Positions 9,506-18,686 of a DNA stretch of 49,871 nucleotides are shown piece by piece. The first letter of the stretch is position 1, and each line of letters opens with the position of its first letter. This stretch comes from Chitinophagaceae bacterium (lineage in GTDB: Bacteria > Bacteroidota > Bacteroidia > Chitinophagales > Chitinophagaceae), in assembly GCA_044372235.1 (NCBI GenBank), contig JBILSG010000001.1, positions 1 to 49,871 on the forward strand, written 5' to 3'. The position numbers were made by a program, and so were the translations under genes. Under the pieces are notes generated by a model. That model was not told the DNA's origin and did not search any database. It saw only the letters and a list, made by a program, of their open reading frames with translations.

Positions 9506-12500
9506 TTATTCATTCATCCAATCTGGGAGGTCGTTCAATTTTCCTAACTGCATGGCAAGCTGTTTTGCCTTTTGTATTGAGGCTTGGGTTGATTCAGCTT
9601 CAAGACCTAAATCAGGATTGATTTTTCTGATAGTTGCTGATTTGATATAAAACGAAAGGGCTTGCTCCTGTTCATTTATTTTTTCTAAAACATAACCAAT
9701 ATTGCTATAGGAATGTGCCACATCAGGATGCTCAGGTCCAAAATTTATCAAGTCAATTTCAAGGCATTTATTGAAAAATATTATTGCATCATTATATTGT
9801 TCTAATTTCATCAAATTTGAACCGATTTGATCATATGTGATAGAAATTTCACTATGATTTGATTCAAATATGTTTAACCGAATTTCCAGACATTTTTTAT
9901 GAAATTCCAGTGCTTCGTTATAATATTCTTGAATATTATAATTTAGTCCAATACAATGATAGATATCAGCAACTAGAGGATGATTTTCTCCAAGAGATTT
10001 TAATCTGATATCTAAACATTTTTCATAGAATTCTTGAGCTTTTTTGAAAATCCTTTTATAATGATAGACATTTCCTAAGTCCTGAAATGTATTTGCAATA
10101 TCAGGATGAGTACTTTCAAATACATTTAATCTAATTTCTAATGTTTTTAAGTAATATTCAATTGCATATTCATAGTTCTCTTTATCAAGATAGCTATTGC
10201 CAATATTATTTAAAATAGTTGCCACATTCGGATGGTTATCGCCAAATTTATATTTTAAAATATTTAATGATTCTTCGTAGTTTTCAATTGCTTCATCATA
10301 TTTTCCTTTTCTGTCTAAAACTAAACCTATATTATTTATAGTATATGCAACATCATGATGATCTGACCCAAGAATTCTTTTTCTAATTTTTAAACTCTTT
10401 TGATAAAATTCAATTGATTTATCATAATCGAACAAGTCAAACCAAATAACACCAATAATGTTATATGTACTTGCTACAGAAGTGTTTATTTCTCCCAAAC
10501 TTTCTATTTCAATTTCAAGGCATTTTTGAGAGTATTCAAGTGCTTTATTATATTCACCTTTTTTGCTATATAAATTTCCAAAGTTATAATATGAAGAAGC
10601 TACTTTAATATGTCTTGCTCCGTAACATTGTAATTTAATCTCAAGACATTTTTGATAATATTCCCAAGCATCGTCATACATACCTAAATTAAGATAACTA
10701 TTTCCTATACTACTATATAATTGGGAAAAAATTAGGATTGGAAATTTATTATTAGGTTTTTTTTGATAAAACATAATAGTTTCATCTTTCTTAAAATGAT
10801 TTACAATATTAGATGCCGACTTGTATAATGGTGTTGAATAATTATTTGTTTCATTAGAATACTTAGTTTCCTTAAATAGTATATCCAAAGATTGGAAATA
10901 AAATATTAGTGCATTTTTGTATTCACCAAAATCTTCATTTATATCACCTATGCACCTCTGAATATCTGCTTCAATTGTTATCAAGTTTTTAATTTGTATT
11001 ATTTTTTCCAAGTATACCTCAGCTTCGCTTCTGTCTAAAAATTTGCAAGCTTCTAATCCCAGTAAGATTGCCTCCTTTGTTTCAAATGAATTTAATTGCA
11101 TCAGTTCATTTAAAAAATATTTTCTGATGTAAACCAATTCAAGTTCATTTAGTTTTTTGTCCAACTCATATAATGCCTTCCAGTCATTTTCCGATGGATG
11201 TTGTAATACTTTTTCAAGGGTGCTTTTGGCACCAAATAATTTTAAATGTATGAGCAATGGTCCTATGTAAACTTGACTATTTTCCTTTACTGCATCAATG
11301 AGATCTGTGACCAATGTTAAATCACCTGAAAGCGATATTTGGCAAAGGAAGGATTCAAGTGCAGCAGTTTTCAGTTTATTATCTTCACTTAAAAAGTTTT
11401 GAATTTGTTGCAAGTTTAATGCAGGCATTTGTTTTGCCAATTGCTGTCCAATCAGGAAAAGCAAGGATCCCTCCACCGCAAATGAAACAACAGCATTCAG
11501 GTCCTTGGTGTAACGGCTGATCCAACCATTGTTTTTCAGCCTTGGATAGGGAGCATTGATGAGATCGGTGGTGAAATACGGCTTGAGTTTTTCATCTTTC
11601 AGCAGATCATCAAGCAACAATTCATTTTCACCCTTTTCCCATACGGCTTCGGCGAGCAATGCCAAGAATGATTGCTCAACCTTGGAGAATGTCGCCAACC
11701 AATCCTGCCAAATATTCAAATGGCCTATTATGTTTTTCGGCAGGGCTTTACCATGGTAGGTTTCTAGAAAAAGCCGCAGTACCAATGGATTGCTGATCTG
11801 TTCGTATATGCCACGATCGAATGTTGCCAAATCATCAAATGAAAATTGAGGCTTGAACCTGTTCCTGTCCTTTTGGGCATAATCTTCCCAAGCGGATTTC
11901 ATCTCATTCATATTCAAAGGTGTAAGCCAATGGGTGAGCGCACGCAAGCCCATTTCTCCTTCCTTTTTATCACCGTAAACCAACAATTCTTTGTTTTCAG
12001 GCAGTGCATATCTTTCCACATCAACTGTGGTATTTGCCCTGGACGTAACAATAAATTTCAAACGTCCATCCGGAAAAATCCTGCAGATTTCCAGTATTTC
12101 CTGCCAAATAGCTTCGGGTTGGTTGGCTTCATTCAACCCATCCAAGAGAATAAAAGTTGGAGAATCCTGGTTGCCGGCAAGGTTTAAATAATTGGACAAT
12201 CGCTCTTGGCTGTCCATATTCAACAGATAACACAATTGTTCTTGCAGTGAAGGCTTTTCCATTCTCGCCGCCCGAATCAAAAGGCTGGGCAAGTCCCGAC
12301 TTGCATATTGTTGTTGCATTTCAACCAATAGATTGGTTTTGCCACTCCCCGCTTCTGCTGTAATGAAAAAAATCCCAGCCCTTGCACCTATCCATTCGCG
12401 CAGTTTGATTTCCATTTCTTCACGGTGCACGTAAACACCCGGAATCACCTTTTTTTCCGCAACCAGCGTGTCGATGATGAGATTGTTTTCAGCAGCGATT

Positions 12501-13543
12501 CGAGCAAGGAAAACCTCTTTGGTAAATTGTTCGGGACTGTATGCTTCCTCTTTCTGTTTGTCGCGCAACAACAGGTTCAAACGCTCAAGTATCTTTCCCG
12601 AAGTCTGTTTTTCGGTACCTTCCGGACTGAAGAATTTGATCGTTTTACCGGTATAGGATTCATAAGTCAGAATCTGTTCTTTTTCCTCCCGGGCTATTGA
12701 AAGTTCGCCTGGCACCACAAAGAATGGAAGGATATCCATGGATTCCCCCTTATTATTTTCAATCCAAACCCGCGCTGGAGTTTGCGAACCCTTTTCAATG
12801 CTGACCAACTCAGACGACTGCAAAAGATAGGTTTCACCATGTTCGTGTTTGAACATGGGATAATTGTCTGAAAAACCCAGCTTTTCCAGCAATTCTTTGA
12901 AAATGGGGTAGTAATCGTCCCATAGTTTTTTCGAATCCTTTTCATCCAAAGTGAGGCCATGGCCGAGGTAGTGGTTACGGAAATTGATAAGCATACCAAT
13001 GCCGGTGGCTTCCTGTTTTTTAAATTGGATATCTCCATTATTGTCAAGGAATTGGATTTCTCTCTTGTATAGTTTTCTTTTTTTTCCGCTTTCCACATCC
13101 TTGTAGTAGGGAAGCAGATCTTCGCAAAAGAAGGGATGTTTTTGTTCTTGTAGAAACAGCAATATTTCACGGATGTATTGATTCCAAGAGCCAAAAGAAG
13201 GTTCTGCAAGGGCCTGCTGGAACAGGGCCACCATTCTTTTGTCTTTGATCGGACTGTTAAAAAATTCAGATGCTGTGATCAGTCCGAGGTACTTGAGGTA
13301 ATTCAGGAAACTGTCTTTCAGCAGGTTGATTTTTGTCCACGCATGCTTTTCAGAAAGCGTCCGCTTCAGCGGATAGGCAATCACGTAGGGCAACTGGCTG
13401 ATCAGGTTCAGTTCATCTTCCTTGAAGGAAAGCATTTCCACCAAAGGGACATCACAGAAAGGACATTCCATTGCTGCGGGATAAACTTTATTTTTTTTGC
13501 TTTCCGGTGCCGGGCAGTCGGCATTCTGACAGATGAAACTCAT
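9506..13543 (-). CDS. Zn-finger + HEPN-like + STAND NTPase + TPR protein (NLR/Avs-like)
   Basis: 1345 aa. N-terminal CQNADC...CPFC, then PSFGSW and INFRNHYLGHG, Walker A AEAGSGKT, Walker B FILLDGLNE and NPLVLRL. Multiple 42-aa TPRs (HPxVA..xNNIG). Paralog of 42230-47035. Confidence 0.88.
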   Translation of the reverse strand: MSFICQNADCPAPESKKNKVYPAAMECPFCDVPLVEMLSFKEDELNLISQLPYVIAYPLKRTLSEKHAWTKINLLKDSFLNYLKYLGLITASEFFNSPIKDKRMVALFQQALAEPSFGSWNQYIREILLFLQEQKHPFFCEDLLPYYKDVESGKKRKLYKREIQFLDNNGDIQFKKQEATGIGMLINFRNHYLGHGLTLDEKDSKKLWDDYYPIFKELLEKLGFSDNYPMFKHEHGETYLLQSSELVSIEKGSQTPARVWIENNKGESMDILPFFVVPGELSIAREEKEQILTYESYTGKTIKFFSPEGTEKQTSGKILERLNLLLRDKQKEEAYSPEQFTKEVFLARIAAENNLIIDTLVAEKKVIPGVYVHREEMEIKLREWIGARAGIFFITAEAGSGKTNLLVEMQQQYASRDLPSLLIRAARMEKPSLQEQLCYLLNMDSQERLSNYLNLAGNQDSPTFILLDGLNEANQPEAIWQEILEICRIFPDGRLKFIVTSRANTTVDVERYALPENKELLVYGDKKEGEMGLRALTHWLTPLNMNEMKSAWEDYAQKDRNRFKPQFSFDDLATFDRGIYEQISNPLVLRLFLETYHGKALPKNIIGHLNIWQDWLATFSKVEQSFLALLAEAVWEKGENELLLDDLLKDEKLKPYFTTDLINAPYPRLKNNGWISRYTKDLNAVVSFAVEGSLLFLIGQQLAKQMPALNLQQIQNFLSEDNKLKTAALESFLCQISLSGDLTLVTDLIDAVKENSQVYIGPLLIHLKLFGAKSTLEKVLQHPSENDWKALYELDKKLNELELVYIRKYFLNELMQLNSFETKEAILLGLEACKFLDRSEAEVYLEKIIQIKNLITIEADIQRCIGDINEDFGEYKNALIFYFQSLDILFKETKYSNETNNYSTPLYKSASNIVNHFKKDETIMFYQKKPNNKFPILIFSQLYSSIGNSYLNLGMYDDAWEYYQKCLEIKLQCYGARHIKVASSYYNFGNLYSKKGEYNKALEYSQKCLEIEIESLGEINTSVASTYNIIGVIWFDLFDYDKSIEFYQKSLKIRKRILGSDHHDVAYTINNIGLVLDRKGKYDEAIENYEESLNILKYKFGDNHPNVATILNNIGNSYLDKENYEYAIEYYLKTLEIRLNVFESTHPDIANTFQDLGNVYHYKRIFKKAQEFYEKCLDIRLKSLGENHPLVADIYHCIGLNYNIQEYYNEALEFHKKCLEIRLNIFESNHSEISITYDQIGSNLMKLEQYNDAIIFFNKCLEIDLINFGPEHPDVAHSYSNIGYVLEKINEQEQALSFYIKSATIRKINPDLGLEAESTQASIQKAKQLAMQLGKLNDLPDWMNE

Positions 13544-13830
13544 GAAGGGATGCTTTGGAAATAAATGATTGGATGTACAAGGTTATGGAAAAATTTCCTG
13601 CAAACGAGATTTGAAAAAGAGCGTATTTCAGTTTCTGACATGCTGATAGGATGTGCGACCATCATACCTCCAAATGAATTAGGTTATTATTTAATATGTA
13701 TTTTGTTGACATTCAATAGGAACCTATTTTCTCACCTAAATAACCTATTTAAAAAATGTCACAAATGATATTTTCTTATTTTTTCATGGTAAAATTTAAT
13801 TTTTTTAACCCTTACAAACAAATGCTGTAT

Positions 13831-14961
13831 ATGAAAAAGTTCTTTAATCAACTCGAAGAAAGATTTGTATTCCCTATAGGCCGCAGGTCATGGAACATCA
13901 TCGTTTTGCTGTCACTCTTGGCACTGGTTGGAGGCCTCTTCTTTCTGCTTATCAATTTGCTGCCCACAGGAAGGGGATCAGTTGATGTTTCCAAGAACGA
14001 GGTTATTGAAAACAGGGTTGACACAACTGCTATGGCAGTAAAAACCGATGTTTCCTGCAGTCAGGCTGAATACAATACATGGTTGGACACACTGAAGGCT
14101 GATTTGCCCAAATCGGAATGGGTGAATCTTGGAGATTCTTCAGAGCCTTACGAATCTTACTTGGTAGATGATTATGGTAATTATGTATTGGATGAGTATT
14201 CAAATTATGTCAGGGTCATCAAAAGGGATTTCCAGCCCAACAATTTGGCCATTCCCAACCAGCTTCAGAACCTGTTCAACAACCATGGCTTGGACAGTGC
14301 TGATTTTTGCCAAAAGATAGGGCTGATCAAAACCCTCCATGCATTCAATAAAATAACAAAATCAGATTATCTGACGGAGCAGGGGGTATATGCCTATTTT
14401 TATATCCTTGCCCAAAACCGAAACATCACTCAGGAAACGGTATCTCGTTCAAACTCCTTTTTCAGCGCCATCGAAAACATGGTTCCTTTGATTAAAAATG
14501 AAACCGATGCCAACCAATACAACCAGTATTTGGAATTCATTTTAAGGTCCAACAATATCAATGATGATCAGATTTCTCTGGTGAAAGCCCTTTTGAATGT
14601 ACACCGTGAACTCCCCAATGCCAAGTATAAAAAAACAGGATATTTTTCCATTGCAGAAACCGTTCTCGAAAGCGATTTGCCTATTGAAGAATTGGACCGT
14701 TGTGTAAATGGATTTATGGAGGATATAGGGTTTTATGATGCGAAAGACCTGAAAGGATCACTGAAGCGTTACATTAAAATCTACGGCGAAAAGCTGGAAC
14801 GCGAATTGGAACTTCAGGCGATGAAAGAAATGGAGAAGAAAAACAACAGGTACATTTCAATGATGGTGATGGGCATTTCTTTTGCAGCTGCAATTTTGAT
14901 TGCCATCATTCTGTTGCTGTTTTCCATCCAGTCATTGTTGAAAAATCATGTGGAGAAATGA
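13831..14961 (+). CDS. Hypothetical membrane protein with two terminal TM helices and a large extracytoplasmic loop
   Basis: The ORF track starts it at 13756; the ATG at 13831 (MKKFF) or 13822 is more plausible. Hydrophobic segments WNIIVLLSLLALVGGLFFLLI and YISMMVMGISFAAAILIAIILLLFSI. Confidence 0.7.
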   Translation: MKKFFNQLEERFVFPIGRRSWNIIVLLSLLALVGGLFFLLINLLPTGRGSVDVSKNEVIENRVDTTAMAVKTDVSCSQAEYNTWLDTLKADLPKSEWVNLGDSSEPYESYLVDDYGNYVLDEYSNYVRVIKRDFQPNNLAIPNQLQNLFNNHGLDSADFCQKIGLIKTLHAFNKITKSDYLTEQGVYAYFYILAQNRNITQETVSRSNSFFSAIENMVPLIKNETDANQYNQYLEFILRSNNINDDQISLVKALLNVHRELPNAKYKKTGYFSIAETVLESDLPIEELDRCVNGFMEDIGFYDAKDLKGSLKRYIKIYGEKLERELELQAMKEMEKKNNRYISMMVMGISFAAAILIAIILLLFSIQSLLKNHVEK

Positions 14962-15083
14962 TTTATTTCACATAAAGACCATTTGATACAACTGATATAA
15001 ATCTGAAAATACCGATATTGTACTAGGATAAATTAAATTATGGCTAGCAATTAATCACTATCAGTATAACACAAAATAAAAAA

Positions 15084-15737
15084 ATGACAGAATCAGAACA
15101 GGAAAAAGAATTTAACGTTTTTAATCTTTTTATACTGGTTCTGTCATTTTACATTCTCATTTCCTTATTCGTTTCATCCATAATGAAACTTTCAGCGGAA
15201 ACGCAGGTATTGTTGAATTATATTGACAATGGTATATGTTGCGTTTTTCTCATTGATTTCTTTATCAGATTCAAAAATGCGCCGCATAAAGGTCAATTCA
15301 TAAAGTGGGGATGGATAGACTTACTCGCCAGTATTCCTAATCTCGAAATATTCAGACCCGGCAGGTTCCTCAGAATCTTTCGCCTCATTAGGTTGTTCAG
15401 ATCAGTCAAATCCACATTTTTGGTATATAAATTCATCAACAGCAATCGCAGTCGGAATACCCTGGTATCCATTTCCCTGATAGCCTTGTTGATGATTACT
15501 TTCTCATCAATTGCCATATTGCAGTTTGAAAATGCTCCTGACAGCAATATTCTAACAGCAGAAGACGCACTTTGGTGGTCTTATACTACGATCACTACAG
15601 TTGGCTATGGTGACAGATTTCCGGTAACCACAGAAGGACGCCTGATTGGGGTTGCCCTTATGACTGTAGGCGTCGGTATTTTTGGAACTTATACGGCCCT
15701 GATTGCAGCATGGATTACGGGGAAATCAAAGAATTAA
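15084..15737 (+). CDS. Voltage-gated-type potassium channel (ion transporter family)
   Basis: K+ selectivity filter TTITTVGYGD, Arg-rich S4-like segment FRPGRFLRIFRLIRLFR, and about six hydrophobic helices. Confidence 0.92.
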   Translation: MTESEQEKEFNVFNLFILVLSFYILISLFVSSIMKLSAETQVLLNYIDNGICCVFLIDFFIRFKNAPHKGQFIKWGWIDLLASIPNLEIFRPGRFLRIFRLIRLFRSVKSTFLVYKFINSNRSRNTLVSISLIALLMITFSSIAILQFENAPDSNILTAEDALWWSYTTITTVGYGDRFPVTTEGRLIGVALMTVGVGIFGTYTALIAAWITGKSKN

Positions 15738-15996
15738 TCAAGTAATACCTGATTTCTTTAAATATATTATAGATATAAATCATTTATAATCACTTGATTT
15801 ACAATGGTTACCTATCTCTTCTCCTAAATAACCTATTATTATTTTATCAAAACTCATTTTTCAAGTAATATTAATGGAAGAATGGACGAATTGCACCAAT
15901 AATATCTCAAAAGATACAGGTGGTACCTGCAGATATTGTAGCAGCCAATTGAAATCCATGTAAATCAATTTCTATATTAAAATAAATTTAAAACAA

Positions 15997-16692
15997 ATGG
16001 AACAACCACGTAACAAAGACCAGAAATGCCCGGTAGTATTGGTATTGGACACCTCAGGATCAATGGCAGGAACCGGAATAGACCAACTCAATGCAGCTTT
16101 AGTGAAATTGAAGGAAGATATTCTTTCTGATTCAACCCTGACGCAGAGGCTTGAGGTTGGAATTGTTTGTTTTGACGATGACGCTCGCGTAGAAAGGCCC
16201 ATTGATTTGGTTACCGTTGATACGGACATGCCTATGCTAAACATCGGTGGTACAACAAATGTGGTTGCCGGTTTGAATAAGGCCATGGAAATTGTTGAAG
16301 ACAGAAAGCAATTCTATAAATCCAACGGAGAGCAGTACTATAGACCATTCATTGTTCTGTTTACAGATGGTGCCCCCACCAACACCCCTGAAGAGATTGA
16401 GGCGCTTGACCTGAAAATCCAACAGATGGCTGACAACAAGAAATTTGTTTTCATTCCCTTTGGCGTAGAAGGCGCTGACATGCAATTGTTGGCCAAATTG
16501 GCAGTTCAATCTGCAGACGAAAGGTTGAAGAATCAAGCAAAAGCTTGGCAGATGAAAGATTTGACAAAGTTTGGAGAAGTGTTTGCTTTTGTAAGTTCGA
16601 GTATTTCTGAAGCCATCAATAAAGGAGGAGCCCAGACTGCAACCATTTCCAATGATGTGGCTCAGGCAGTTACTTTTGACTTGGGGGTATAA
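15997..16692 (+). CDS. TerY-like von Willebrand factor A domain protein (TerY-P triad)
   Basis: MIDAS motif CPVVLVLDTSGSM, GGTT, YYRPFIVLFTDGAPT. First gene of a vWA-PP2C-kinase triad, as in YegL/YegK/YegI. Confidence 0.9.
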   Translation: MEQPRNKDQKCPVVLVLDTSGSMAGTGIDQLNAALVKLKEDILSDSTLTQRLEVGIVCFDDDARVERPIDLVTVDTDMPMLNIGGTTNVVAGLNKAMEIVEDRKQFYKSNGEQYYRPFIVLFTDGAPTNTPEEIEALDLKIQQMADNKKFVFIPFGVEGADMQLLAKLAVQSADERLKNQAKAWQMKDLTKFGEVFAFVSSSISEAINKGGAQTATISNDVAQAVTFDLGV

Positions 16693-16703
16693 TACATCAA
16701 TTT

Positions 16704-17606
16704 ATGAACCAATTCCCTTTTGGAATGGCCTTCACTTCTGTGCAAGGCCATTCCCATAAGAAAGCTGATCCTCCCATACCCTGTCAGGATGCCGGTAAAG
16801 GTGGATTCTTACACAATGGTTGGCCCATCCTGATTGTATCTGATGGGGCAGGCTCTTCAAAGCATTCACATATCGCCTCATCGTTTTGTGTGAGTGCTTT
16901 GTTTAATCACCTGCAGCAGGCTGATCTTACTCCTTTCAATGCAATAGGATCCGAAGCGGTTGATTTGGAGTCAACAAAGAAGTCATGGCATGGATTTGTA
17001 CTGGAACAATTCCGTAAAACGCGCAATGATTTGCTGGAGATGGCAAAAATCAATGGGTACAATCCCGTTGAATTGAATTGCACTCTTTTGCTGGTGATCA
17101 GAACGTCTTGGGGATTTCTTTCGGCCAACATAGGTGATGGTCGTTCAGGATACAGTGATGGCAAACCCCATGCACTGTCTGTTCCATTCATGACGTTTAC
17201 TGCCGGGGCAACCTTTTTCCTGATCAAAGAGGGTTGGGATACTATATTTCAATCCTATGTAACGGTTCCAGAACACAATGATTTGGTGGAGTACTTTTTT
17301 GTTTCCAGTGATGGATGTCAGAATTTCCTGATTGACGGAACCCAAAAAGGTCCCAAAACAGGAATTTATGACCCCATTTTGGGAGAAGATGCATTCTATG
17401 ATTTCAATGTGCCTTATCAGCCTTTTTTTGAAGGGCTGATCAAATCATTGAAAGAGACAAAATCAATGGAGGAATGCAACTCGAGATTGCAAAAACTTGT
17501 TGAATTTGGATTGTATTTGGTTGATGGCACTGAAAAGGAATTGAAAAGCTTGAGTGATCCTATTTTGGATGACGACAAGACATTCATTGTTTTTTATAAA
17601 AAATGA
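16704..17606 (+). CDS. PP2C-like protein phosphatase (TerY-P triad)
   Basis: SVQGHSH..PCQD, IVSDGAGSS, CTLL, NIGDG, VSSDG and C-terminal DDKT metal-binding motifs. Confidence 0.9.
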   Translation: MNQFPFGMAFTSVQGHSHKKADPPIPCQDAGKGGFLHNGWPILIVSDGAGSSKHSHIASSFCVSALFNHLQQADLTPFNAIGSEAVDLESTKKSWHGFVLEQFRKTRNDLLEMAKINGYNPVELNCTLLLVIRTSWGFLSANIGDGRSGYSDGKPHALSVPFMTFTAGATFFLIKEGWDTIFQSYVTVPEHNDLVEYFFVSSDGCQNFLIDGTQKGPKTGIYDPILGEDAFYDFNVPYQPFFEGLIKSLKETKSMEECNSRLQKLVEFGLYLVDGTEKELKSLSDPILDDDKTFIVFYKK

Positions 17607-17609
17607 TCC

Positions 17610-18671
17610 ATGTATAAAAATTCACGTGGGCAGTCAGTTGCATTGGGTAAAGAATTGGGTAAGGGAGGTGCTGCAACGGTTTATTTGCATGCAACCGATA
17701 CATCCAAAGCCATCAAAATATTCAAACCTGAATACCTGATCAAGGAAAACACCCTTCCCAAACGTTTGGAACAATTGCATAAGTTGTCTCAAGCCGCACA
17801 ATTGGATATCAATTATGGTAACCTGACAAGGGCTGTAGGCTCGTGGCCGAAAGATATTGTCAAAGACCGTCTGGGCAATGTGGTTGGGTTTTCAATGGAT
17901 ACAGTGAAAAACGGTATCGATCTCACCGATATCATTTTTGCAAGGGATATCAAAACTGCTTTTTATAAGCACCGGAAGAAACCTGAATACTCCAAATGGC
18001 AGGAAACCTTTCTGTATCATCCCAATGGTATCAGAAATCGGTTCATTCTTTCCTATTACCTGGCCATTTCCTTTGAGCGGATTTATCAATTGAAAACGAA
18101 GGATGGCAAAGCCTTGGACCTTGAATTGTGCAATTTTGACATCAAACCCAACAATATTCTGGTTTCACTTGAATCCATTGGCGGGAAAAGCAATATCGTC
18201 CCCTATATACTTGATCTGGATAACTTGACATTGAAGAACAATACAGGTTCTTTGGCACCCAATCATCCCCAGTTTACCCCTGAATACAAGGCACCTGAGG
18301 GACCAGTCAATAAATTCTATGATTATTACAGCATTGCTGTCATTTTTTATCAACTCATTTTCAATATCCATCCCTTTCATGGTGTGACCGGCGGGGCCAG
18401 GTTCACAGATGGTACCGAGATGGATTTTTTTGTCAAAAACAAATGTTTCCCATGGGGAAGGAACAGGAAGTTTTTGAGTAAAATGACACAAGATGATATC
18501 AGTCACGGTAACTTCCTCAAACTCTCACCAGAATTGCAGACATTATTTGTGCGGGCATTCGACTCAGATGCCCCCAACCAACGTCCCTCCATGCAAGAAT
18601 GGGCTAAAGCTTTTGTAGGTTTTTTGTCTGGCGGTTCAATCGCATTCAACAGGTTGTTTGATTTTCCCTGA
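17610..18671 (+). CDS. Ser/Thr protein kinase, YegI-like (TerY-P triad)
   Basis: Gly loop LGKGGAATVY, AIKIF, catalytic loop DIKPNN, DLD in place of DFG, YKAPE, HPF and RPSMQEW. Confidence 0.9.
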   Translation: MYKNSRGQSVALGKELGKGGAATVYLHATDTSKAIKIFKPEYLIKENTLPKRLEQLHKLSQAAQLDINYGNLTRAVGSWPKDIVKDRLGNVVGFSMDTVKNGIDLTDIIFARDIKTAFYKHRKKPEYSKWQETFLYHPNGIRNRFILSYYLAISFERIYQLKTKDGKALDLELCNFDIKPNNILVSLESIGGKSNIVPYILDLDNLTLKNNTGSLAPNHPQFTPEYKAPEGPVNKFYDYYSIAVIFYQLIFNIHPFHGVTGGARFTDGTEMDFFVKNKCFPWGRNRKFLSKMTQDDISHGNFLKLSPELQTLFVRAFDSDAPNQRPSMQEWAKAFVGFLSGGSIAFNRLFDFP

Positions 18672-18686
18672 TAGCAAATATTCAAG

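Noticed and set aside
13565-13830. ORF 13565-13768 and the 13756 start extension
   Set aside because: These lie in the AT-rich region between divergent genes and lack motifs. More likely promoter DNA, although I could not identify an exact TAnnTTTG element.
15997-18671. Tellurite-resistance ter operon
   Set aside because: Only the TerY-P triad is present; no TerA/B/C/D/Z-like genes were recognised.
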